Shown one piece after another: positions 54,601-61,580 of a stretch of DNA of 64,000 nt. Each line of letters starts with the position of its first letter. The first letter of the stretch is position 1. The notes under the pieces were generated by a model, which did not search any database, was not told the origin of the DNA, and saw nothing but the letters and a program-made list of their open reading frames with translations. The translations under genes and the position numbers were made by a program. The stretch comes from an uncultured Methanomassiliicoccales archaeon (GTDB lineage: Archaea > Thermoplasmatota > Thermoplasmata > Methanomassiliicoccales > Methanomethylophilaceae). The DNA lies in the NCBI GenBank assembly GCA_964533525.1, contig CAZHJV010000001.1, positions 13,928 to 77,927 on the forward strand, in the 5' to 3' direction.

Positions 54601-57413
54601 TCGGCCTTGTAGACCGTCTTCACGGCGGTGCCGTCGAACGCATTCGACGCACCCACGCTGTACTGGATGTAGTAGTCGCCGGAGGCGGGGACGGAAACGG
54701 TGTACATTCCGTTGATGTTGGTGAATGCGGTGGAGCGCTGCACGTATTTGCCGAGTTTCTCGTTGTACTCGAACACGGCGACCTTAACTCCGCTGATGTT
54801 GTCGCTGTCCGCGGTGATCTGTCCGCTGACCTCGCCGCGGGCGCTGTTTCCGCCGTTGTACTCGAGGAGCACCACGGAGGACAGGTAGTTGATGAGTCCT
54901 CCCTCGGACTTCTGCTTGGCGACGGCCTCGTAGCCGTCCATCTCGGTCCATCCGTCGGAGTCGGCGGTCGCGTCGGAGTCGGCGTTGTACTTGACGTGCC
55001 AGTAGACGACGTCGAAGCTGCCGAGGGCGGTCGCGGGAGCGACCGATACGGACCTGTCCGCAAGGGCGAGCTTCTCGAGGAGATCGGTGGTGCTGTCGTA
55101 ACCGCTTCCGTCGATACCGAAGAGGGCCTTCCAGAGGAACGTCTGGTACATTGCGTCCTTGTAGTTCGCGTATCCGGTGGTGTAACCGAAGGAGTAGAAC
55201 TCCTTGACGGCGCCGTAGTAATCGGTGGTGTAGTTCCCGAGGTATGCCATGGTAGCGAAGGAGGAACTGTCGCCGTAGTAGATCGGAAGCATGCTTCCGT
55301 CCACCTGGACGTATTTGATGCCGTTGTAATGTCCGGCGGTCTTGCAGACGGAGGCGTAGAGCTTCTGGATCTCGTCCTCTCCGATCGTGTCGGCGATGTA
55401 GTCGGTTACGGCCAAGTACACCGCGTTCTCGCAGGTCGCATCCGCGACATCGATACCGGAGAACTTTGCGGACTCGGTCTCGATGTACTTCTCCGCGCCG
55501 TCGGCGGTGAAGAGAGATTTCACGTTGTCGAAGAAGGCCGTGCTCGAGGGTCCGGAGGGATCCACGGCGGAGAAATCGGCCTTGAAATCGTCGATGTCCG
55601 CGGAACACATCACGCGGACGATGAATGCGGCCACTGCCTTGGCGCTGCTGTCAGCCAGATATATGGCGGTCATGGCGGACGAACCTCCGCCGACGACGTC
55701 GGTGACGGTCTTGAAACCGCCCTCGGTGACGGCATCGTTGGAGTTGGTGATCCATGTGACGAGGGCTCCGCTCTTGTCCTTTCCGGAGTAGTCCGTCCAA
55801 AGAGTGTCGATCATGGAGTCGTCGGTGGTGCTGACGGTATATCCCAGACCTCCGAAGTAATCGGACTTCTCGTCGTTGGTGGGGGTGGCCGCGTCGACGG
55901 CGTACACCGCGTTGGGGACGGCCACGAGGAACACCGCCACGAGGAGGGTTACGAGCGGGAAGAAGTTGAGTGCCTTCCTGGCACCTGCCCTGACCCCGTT
56001 GCCCCTGAGGGACGCGAAGTATCCTTTCAGATCGACGGCCCTGATCACCGTTACGGTGAGCGCGGCGCATCCGATGGCGAATGCCGCACCTGCGGCGACC
56101 GCGTAATCGGCGCTGAACCATGCCGCGAAGAACATGAGGAGGAGGAAGAGTGCGGTGAACCCGTAGAGCCTGGAGTTGGCGTTCTTCCTGTACTTGTAGA
56201 GCATCCAGGCGCCGAAGATCAGCGGGAGCCACAGGGTGAGCCATCCGTAGTAGGCGGCCATGCCGGAGATGCTGGTTGCGGAACTGCTGCTCACGAGCGA
56301 CTTCATGAGGCTTCCGCTGTACACGCTGTTGCCGCTGTTCATCGCCTCGGAGATCTCGGGGAGACCGAAGGCGAAGATGACGGCGATCACGGCGATGATG
56401 ACGATGAAGGCGGGGATCGTGACGACCCAAGGCTTCTTCTCCGCCGCCGCGAAGGCGAGGCTGAGGACGATGGTCAGCAGACCGAGGACGAATCCTCCGG
56501 AGAAGACGGTGTCCCACAGCCCGGCGGGGATGTAGTAGCACGCTCCGAGGATGAGCCCGACCGCGAGGACGGTGTCCGTGATGAGGACGGCGGACCAGAG
56601 GTCCTTTCCGCCGATGCGCAGGAAGATCGATGCGATCGCGATGCCGAAGGCCGCGACGATGACGAACATCCTGAAGTCGGTCCAGGAGAGGACGACCGCG
56701 GCGAAGAAGATCGCTGCGAGGACGGTATTCCTGCGGACGGACTTGTTGGCGAAGACCCCTTTGGATCCTGCGACGGCATCCCTGTCGACGGCTGCGAAGG
56801 CGGACGCCAGGAAGTAGACCATCCAGGCGGCCACGAAGCAGATGAAGGCGAAACCGGTCCCGTTGGAGAAGGGGGTCGTCATGATGAGCAGCGCGAAGAA
56901 GGCGTAGAACAGAGCGGCGGCGATGCCGATGACCTCGTCTCCCTTGAACATCTTCTTGGCGGTCATGTAGACGGGGATGCAGGTGAGTGCGCCCAATACG
57001 GGTGCGGACCATGCAAGCACGCCTGCGGCCGCGGTGGCGTCGGAGACGCCGAAGAAGGTCGCGACGAATGCGAAGGCTGCGATAATATAGTCGAAGAGCG
57101 GGCCGAAGGTGTTGACCGACCCGAAGGGATAGTTCAGTGCGGCATCCCTGGCGGGGCTGTAGGTGCCCGCGAGGATCTCCTCCACGATGCGGAGGTTGTT
57201 GGTGGCGCTTGAACCGCCGGACAGTGCGTAATTGTCCCCGGCGGAGATCCCGTACGCGAACACGAACCTCATGAGGAAGGCTGCAATGATGATCACGAAC
57301 AGGGAAAGCAGGCGCCAATGCTCTCTGAACCATGCACCGCTGCTTCCGCCCTCGGCGGAAGAGCTGGTTTTCCCATCATCCGGGACGGCTTTTCCGATAG
57401 CAAATTTGCGCAT
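51600..57413 (-). CDS. giant (1937 aa) AglB/STT3-like GT-C membrane protein fused to CarboxypepD_reg/Ig-like beta-sandwich repeats, C-terminal TM anchor
   Basis: N-terminal ~560 aa has about 13 TM segments, with an EL1 pattern GDNYAL..RIVEEIL..NYPFG and a WWDYG-like LWTDYSG after the last TM. The C-terminal half has repeats such as VSGIVKNADGDTVSGATVNFVDG..TTDSDGKYTAYLPKD. It ends FWVLFVLTVLVLLLIIWTGSKRGVFARR. Confidence 0.6.
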   Translation of the reverse strand: MRKFAIGKAVPDDGKTSSSAEGGSSGAWFREHWRLLSLFVIIIAAFLMRFVFAYGISAGDNYALSGGSSATNNLRIVEEILAGTYSPARDAALNYPFGSVNTFGPLFDYIIAAFAFVATFFGVSDATAAAGVLAWSAPVLGALTCIPVYMTAKKMFKGDEVIGIAAALFYAFFALLIMTTPFSNGTGFAFICFVAAWMVYFLASAFAAVDRDAVAGSKGVFANKSVRRNTVLAAIFFAAVVLSWTDFRMFVIVAAFGIAIASIFLRIGGKDLWSAVLITDTVLAVGLILGACYYIPAGLWDTVFSGGFVLGLLTIVLSLAFAAAEKKPWVVTIPAFIVIIAVIAVIFAFGLPEISEAMNSGNSVYSGSLMKSLVSSSSATSISGMAAYYGWLTLWLPLIFGAWMLYKYRKNANSRLYGFTALFLLLMFFAAWFSADYAVAAGAAFAIGCAALTVTVIRAVDLKGYFASLRGNGVRAGARKALNFFPLVTLLVAVFLVAVPNAVYAVDAATPTNDEKSDYFGGLGYTVSTTDDSMIDTLWTDYSGKDKSGALVTWITNSNDAVTEGGFKTVTDVVGGGSSAMTAIYLADSSAKAVAAFIVRVMCSADIDDFKADFSAVDPSGPSSTAFFDNVKSLFTADGAEKYIETESAKFSGIDVADATCENAVYLAVTDYIADTIGEDEIQKLYASVCKTAGHYNGIKYVQVDGSMLPIYYGDSSSFATMAYLGNYTTDYYGAVKEFYSFGYTTGYANYKDAMYQTFLWKALFGIDGSGYDSTTDLLEKLALADRSVSVAPATALGSFDVVYWHVKYNADSDATADSDGWTEMDGYEAVAKQKSEGGLINYLSSVVLLEYNGGNSARGEVSGQITADSDNISGVKVAVFEYNEKLGKYVQRSTAFTNINGMYTVSVPASGDYYIQYSVGASNAFDGTAVKTVYKADIPASGYYSLELDLVDITGSTVIESDGSDYNYDGYIKFTGKSCGRTYQVDVIGGMFSVAGMVPDVYSADLISADGTSVTTADVTFVYSMVNARVSVPSGTVTVSITEPYGGSYTGQVTVYNVSTGMEFEGTAEAGSAKISVPVGTYAVKAVENYSFSSTSTVSVTSGGSKTISLTLFDAKELAITNTTGSVPTISAIGYIGVAESADKAYVPAPGGAVNTYTASVIENGKIYYGSGTYESGIVLVGTDFCTVSGIVKNADGDTVSGATVNFVDGSNVFVYTTDSDGKYTAYLPKDTTFVQYAYNGSSLVSLANITVSADTDKADIAMGTAYSVGQYVNTYTASSGSSKYLAYFGVEGKITVGDAAYTVPVLTNTSGRAVFWVPENSGITITLKAFDSTSDGGILKATEDQTYSKDEVTSNTSNTWTFRLNDTDKLQVAKTLHVTNNTGYPLKVKYKESDEYTDWADAGQIDMYAGKWYVDTEALLALGYHSEESFTLYLGHSSITLDDLSGFVCFTAEVKYNDGDTLNITAFEDASENTGKYVKGEKTVDETTGVATVKYYLEQNFDYTFNVKNSDGAVAVSSIVFADTPTSISVDLTTLYKTVKVSGSVGADISGTMEVEYTYNSESYTFYKDVTDGEYEFEVPENVGTVTMRVNGLVYENDGKIYTFDTDADKTVNVADKDVTCNFSVVTSAAEYDWGDDVYVHYDNVTGSFKSDGSGEMTFTITNNSDFYLTYLIKGSSAFVLDQTYALSIVPGYDGTVTVKGHFDAATVGAGSEDMYVCITDTAGNEVADIIVPADCYERSGDDLGTKVNVTSADGASADIAAGSAYKYAVTFANSNLWAEMASVTAEFVSSSDDWTVCWTDSDGYMVFSGLSNGPFLLKGYSTTTVYVTVINTDGQSTAVPDVKFSISVTDLNGADSALSTDSAGLTVSGKTVSAADLKAQKADLSLDSGSVSDGGASDEGKKIGTTFWVLFVLTVLVLLLIIWTGSKRGVFARR

Positions 57414-57544
57414 TCTCGATTCTCCGTAACGATATCGAATACGCGAACATGCCCGATTTGTTATTTATAGGTTTACGGGTGCGCGTTTTTAATATAATAA
57501 TATAAAAGAGAGGTTGGATGGATTAATCCGACAGCTTCCGAAGG

Positions 57545-58204
57545 TCACAATACCCTGCGGATCTCGTCGGCCACGGCACCGGCGGCCGCCGCGGGGTCCT
57601 CGGCCCTGTAGATGGCCCTGCCCACGATGACATAGTCGGCGCCCGCGCTTATGGCCGCGGAGGCGGAACCTCCCTGGGCGCCCACTCCGGGAGAGAGGAT
57701 CTCCCTGTCCCCTATGACCTTCCTGACCGCCGCGATCCTCTCGGGACGCGTCGCGGGTGCGATGAAACCCTTCACCCCGCACCTTACGCCCACAAGTGCC
57801 AGAGACTCCGCGTTGGGTGCGGTGAACTCCTGTCCTCCGGGGTGGCTCATCTCCGTGACGGCGTAGATGTTCCCTCTTCCCGCGGCGGTGTCGACGGCCT
57901 CCTTCATGGAGTCGCTGCCGGTGAACGCATGGACGATGACCGCGGAGGCACCCCTGCCGAGAGCCCCGTCCACGATGAGATGTACGGTGTTGGGTATGTC
58001 GGCCACCTTGAAATCGCAGATGACGTCCGAACGCTTGGAGAGTTCGGTGATCATCTCGGGGCCGGCGGAGAGTACCAGAGGCCAGTTGATCTTGATCGCA
58101 TCCACTGTGCCAGACACGGAATCCGCTATCGCAAGTGCCTTCTCCCTGTCGGTCTCGTCGAGTGCGAGTATCAGACGGCTGCTCTTTCTCATCGGAGTTG
58201 CCAT
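57545..58204 (-). CDS. pyrF: orotidine 5'-phosphate decarboxylase
   Basis: LILALD, ICDFKVADIPNTV and PGVGAQGG. Start at MATPMRKSS; the track ORF extends spuriously to 58357. Confidence 0.92.
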   Translation of the reverse strand: MATPMRKSSRLILALDETDREKALAIADSVSGTVDAIKINWPLVLSAGPEMITELSKRSDVICDFKVADIPNTVHLIVDGALGRGASAVIVHAFTGSDSMKEAVDTAAGRGNIYAVTEMSHPGGQEFTAPNAESLALVGVRCGVKGFIAPATRPERIAAVRKVIGDREILSPGVGAQGGSASAAISAGADYVIVGRAIYRAEDPAAAAGAVADEIRRVL

Positions 58205-58244
58205 CGTCCGAACATTTTTAAAACCTTGCCATAGATTGTGCGTC

Positions 58245-59306
58245 ATGTCCTTCGTAAGGTTCGATTCCGGGTCCGCCGCGAACGGCGCACTTGCCAAAGG
58301 CTGCGATTTCTGCATCGAGGGGGCCAAGATGGTCCTCTTCGTCACCGGACGCTGCAAAGCAGGCTGCTTCTACTGCCCGATCTCGGCCGAAAGGAGAGGA
58401 CGCGACACCGTCTACGCCAACGAATGCCCGGCCGCCAACGACGACCAGGTGATCGAGGAAGCCGAGGCGATGGATGCGCTGGGCACCGGCATCACGGGAG
58501 GGGACCCGTCGGAAAAGATGGACAGGACCGTCCACTTCATACGTCTCCTGAAGGACCACTTCGGAAAAGACCACCACATCCACATGTACACGTCTGTCAT
58601 CAGCCTCGAGAATGCGAAGATCCTCGAGGAGGCGGGACTCGACGAGATCCGCTACCACCCCCGCGAGGACCTGTGGACGGAGATGGAAAAAACCGAACTG
58701 GGACTTGTGATCCGTTCGGTCGGAATGGATGTCGGGATAGAAGTCCCCGCACTCCCCGGGAAGGAGGAGGAACTCACGGCGCTCATCAGATACGCCGTCG
58801 GGGCCGGGGTGAAATTCGTCAACCTCAACGAACTCGAGTTCTCCGAGACCAACTGGGATATGATGGAGAAGTACGGTTACGAAGTGAAGGACGACCTCTC
58901 CGCGGCGGTCCTCGGATCGGAGGAGACCGCAGTCAATGTCATGAATGCACTGCCCGATGCGCCCATACACTTCTGTTCGTCCACTTTCAAGGACGGGGTG
59001 CAGCTCAGGAACCGGCTGAAGAGGAGGGCGGAGAACACCGCCCGCGAGTACGACGTGGTAACCGAGGACGGGACCGTCCTGAAGGGCATCGTCTACGCGG
59101 ACGACCTCGACGCCGCGGTCTCGCTGCTGAAGGGAGATTACGATGTGCCAGACGAACTTATTTCCGTCGACCGCGACAGGAACAGGATCGAAACGGCATC
59201 GTGGATCCTCGACGAGATCGCGGAGGAGTTCCCGTATAAATGCTACATCGTGGAGGAGTACCCCACGAAAGACCGCCTCGAGGTCGAAAGGACCCCGCTG
59301 AACTGA
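58245..59306 (+). CDS. radical SAM protein (archaeal PFL-activase-related family)
   Basis: CKAGCFYC is a CxxxCxxC cluster near the N-terminus, with GGDPS further on. 353 aa. It is the real 3' part of track ORF 57867..59306. Confidence 0.8.
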   Translation: MSFVRFDSGSAANGALAKGCDFCIEGAKMVLFVTGRCKAGCFYCPISAERRGRDTVYANECPAANDDQVIEEAEAMDALGTGITGGDPSEKMDRTVHFIRLLKDHFGKDHHIHMYTSVISLENAKILEEAGLDEIRYHPREDLWTEMEKTELGLVIRSVGMDVGIEVPALPGKEEELTALIRYAVGAGVKFVNLNELEFSETNWDMMEKYGYEVKDDLSAAVLGSEETAVNVMNALPDAPIHFCSSTFKDGVQLRNRLKRRAENTAREYDVVTEDGTVLKGIVYADDLDAAVSLLKGDYDVPDELISVDRDRNRIETASWILDEIAEEFPYKCYIVEEYPTKDRLEVERTPLN

Positions 59307-59322
59307 AAAAACCAAACAGAAG

Positions 59323-59344
59323 GGCCCTCCCCGGAGGGAGGGCC
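59323..59344. terminator. hairpin between convergent radical-SAM and nusA genes
   Basis: GGCCCTCCC-CGGA-GGGAGGGCC is a perfect 9-bp stem. On the minus strand it is followed by TTCTGTTTGGTTTTTT, so it probably terminates the rpoA-nusA operon. Confidence 0.5.
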
Positions 59345-59398
59345 GATAAAAGGTTTGTGATGTTCCATACACCTTGATACGTTTACCGGGGGCACCGG

Positions 59399-59836
59399 TC
59401 AGTCCACGCTGAGGCTCTGGATATCGTGATGTCTGTTCACGATGTCTCTGGCTATGCGCAGATTCTTTCCGGCTTTGCCGATCGCACGGCCCTTGAGCTT
59501 CGGGTCGACGGTGACCGTGGCGTGCGTTATGTTTCCACGCTGCTCGATAACGACCTTCTGAGGTTCATAGATGTGGAACACGTTCATGACGAACTGCTGG
59601 GGATCATCGGAGTACTCGACCACCTGGATGTTCTTTCCCGTCATGTCCTTCAGTTTGATGACGTGTTCTCCCTTCTTTCCTACAGCTATGTTCCCCTGAC
59701 CTTTCTCGACCACGAAGACGAGTTTGTCCTCGGTGTCCATGCAGTCGACCGCGTTGGTGTGGGTCAGCTGCTGGAACAGGGCGATATAGCGCAGAGTCTC
59801 CTCTGTCAGTACGATATCCGCCGCCATATAGCTCAC
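59399..59836 (-). CDS. nusA: archaeal NusA-like transcription termination/elongation factor (two KH domains)
   Basis: Two GxxG KH motifs (VGKKGEHV, IGKAGKNL). 145 aa, with a 4-nt overlap with rpl30e. Confidence 0.92.
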   Translation of the reverse strand: MSYMAADIVLTEETLRYIALFQQLTHTNAVDCMDTEDKLVFVVEKGQGNIAVGKKGEHVIKLKDMTGKNIQVVEYSDDPQQFVMNVFHIYEPQKVVIEQRGNITHATVTVDPKLKGRAIGKAGKNLRIARDIVNRHHDIQSLSVD

Positions 59837-60117
59837 AACGTTAAGATGTTGGAGGTACCCTTGTCGATGACGGCCAGGGCAGACACGGAGAAGGGCTTTC
59901 CGCAGAGGGCTCCCAGCTCCATGTTGTTTCCGCCGTATACGTGTACCTTGACCTTGCTGTTAGAGACGAGGAACTCGCTGGGACAGTTGTCCGCGAGGAC
60001 GATCATCTGTGCCTTTCCGGCCTTGACGGCCTTCTCGGTCTGGTCTACTCCGAACTCCACCTTTCCGGTGGCGATGGCTGCTTTCAGTGCTTTGCTGATA
60101 TCTACTTCTTCGCTCAT
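59833..60117 (-). CDS. rpl30e: 50S ribosomal protein L30e
   Basis: KALKAAIATGKVEFGVDQTEKAVKAGKAQMIVLADNCP. 94 aa, in the canonical position between rpoA2 and nusA. Confidence 0.93.
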   Translation of the reverse strand: MSEEVDISKALKAAIATGKVEFGVDQTEKAVKAGKAQMIVLADNCPSEFLVSNSKVKVHVYGGNNMELGALCGKPFSVSALAVIDKGTSNILTL

Positions 60118-61580
60118 TCATCTTCCCCCTTTTTCTTCTTGGGTGTATATATGAGATTGACTGCGCCGGTTCCAAGGGTCACCGGCTGACCCACAATGAT
60201 GTTTTCCGTGACTCCCTCCAGGTGGTCGACCTCTCCGACCATCGCCGCATGCAGCAGGTGCGCGGCGGTGATCTCGAAGGCGGCCCTGGCGAGAACCGAC
60301 GACTTCTTTCCGGATACTCCGTGCCTTCCGATGGCCCTGACGGTACCGTCGTTGGTCATGAGATCCGCAACGAGCATAACGTGTCTTACATCGACATCCA
60401 GTCCGGCGTGCCTCATGGTGGTCATAGCCTCGTGGACGATCGAGTTCCTGGCGGCCTCGATACCGAGGACGTCGGCCACCTCCAGGACGGAGTTGGTCAT
60501 GACGTTCGGCGCATCGACGTTCTCCACCTGCAGGACCTCTTTGAGGTTGCTTCCCTCGGTGACGATGGACCAGTGTCCGGTCGCCTTGTCCTTCTCGAGG
60601 ATAGCTCTCTTGATGCCGTCGATGCCTTTCAGTTTGGCATGCCTGATGGCGTCGTACATCTGCTGGAGTTTCTTGAAGGAAGCCTCCTCGGATGCGATGA
60701 CGATGTCGTACTCCTCTTTGGTGACCATGCCGCGGACGGCCTTGATCTTGTTGAGCCTCTCGGCGATGTCGTCGATGTTAAGGCCGCGGTCCTCCATCTT
60801 CTTCGCGTCGGGTACGACGACGAGTCTCTGGTTGGTGATATCGGTCTCGATCGATGCGACGTCCAGGAGGGAGGTGATCTCAATGTTGGATGCCACATAT
60901 CTCGCGAACTTCTCGTCCTCGGCGGCGAGGCCGACGAGCGGGATGTTCATGGACGGGGTGCTGGGCTCGCGCCTCGCATCCACGATCTCGATGATCCTAG
61001 GCAGACCTTCCGTAACGTTGATGTTCGCGACTCCCGCGAAGTGGAAGGTACGCAGGTTCATCTGGGTGGCAGGCTCTCCCAGGGAGTGGGCGGCCATGAC
61101 GCCGGCGGACTCGTTCTGGTCCATGAGATGGGACGTGTACATCCTGTTCGCCACGGAGATCAGCTTCTCGCAGATCTCGTCGGAGAGTTCCGCGTTCTCG
61201 ATGGTGTGCGCGATGTCGCACACGATCTTCATGGGGAGGTTCACACCCAGTTTCTCCTCGATGGCGTAGAGTTTCTTCTCCATCTCGGTGTACTCGTGGG
61301 GGCGGAAGACCTCCTCGGGAGGGTCCCTGGGGACCTCGGGAACGGGTTCCTCGTCCTTCTTCTTGGCTTTGGATGTGCTGCGGGAGGAGCTGCGTTTGCC
61401 GATCTTCGAGATGATGGACTCGGCCTCCGCCTGGTCCACTCCGAGGGCGGCGAGGCCCTCGGCCCCGGCGTCGGAGATGTCCCCGAGGGTGTCGTACTTG
61501 GACATGATGAGCTTCGCGACCTCCTCGCTGACGTCTCTCTTAAGCAGTGCATTGAGCGTATCTTTCTTGGCCATCGTCAC
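60114..61580 (-). CDS. rpoA2: DNA-directed RNA polymerase subunit A'' with an N-terminal extension of about 95 aa
   Basis: Core motifs AHSLGEPATQMNLRTFHFAGV, GLPRIIEI and VLARAAFE. At 488 aa it is about 100 aa longer than typical A''. Confidence 0.93.
   Translation of the reverse strand: MTMAKKDTLNALLKRDVSEEVAKLIMSKYDTLGDISDAGAEGLAALGVDQAEAESIISKIGKRSSSRSTSKAKKKDEEPVPEVPRDPPEEVFRPHEYTEMEKKLYAIEEKLGVNLPMKIVCDIAHTIENAELSDEICEKLISVANRMYTSHLMDQNESAGVMAAHSLGEPATQMNLRTFHFAGVANINVTEGLPRIIEIVDARREPSTPSMNIPLVGLAAEDEKFARYVASNIEITSLLDVASIETDITNQRLVVVPDAKKMEDRGLNIDDIAERLNKIKAVRGMVTKEEYDIVIASEEASFKKLQQMYDAIRHAKLKGIDGIKRAILEKDKATGHWSIVTEGSNLKEVLQVENVDAPNVMTNSVLEVADVLGIEAARNSIVHEAMTTMRHAGLDVDVRHVMLVADLMTNDGTVRAIGRHGVSGKKSSVLARAAFEITAAHLLHAAMVGEVDHLEGVTENIIVGQPVTLGTGAVNLIYTPKKKKGEDE

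Noticed and set aside
51573-57212. 1879-aa ORF on the plus strand, one of the longest in the track
   Set aside because: It is the codon-aligned antisense of the 1937-aa minus-strand gene: (57411-51573) is divisible by 3, so each plus-strand codon is the reverse complement of a sense codon. It stays open only because the sense gene never uses TTA, CTA or TCA over about 1880 codons. Its translation is the typical G/D/V/R/H-rich antisense composition with no motifs.
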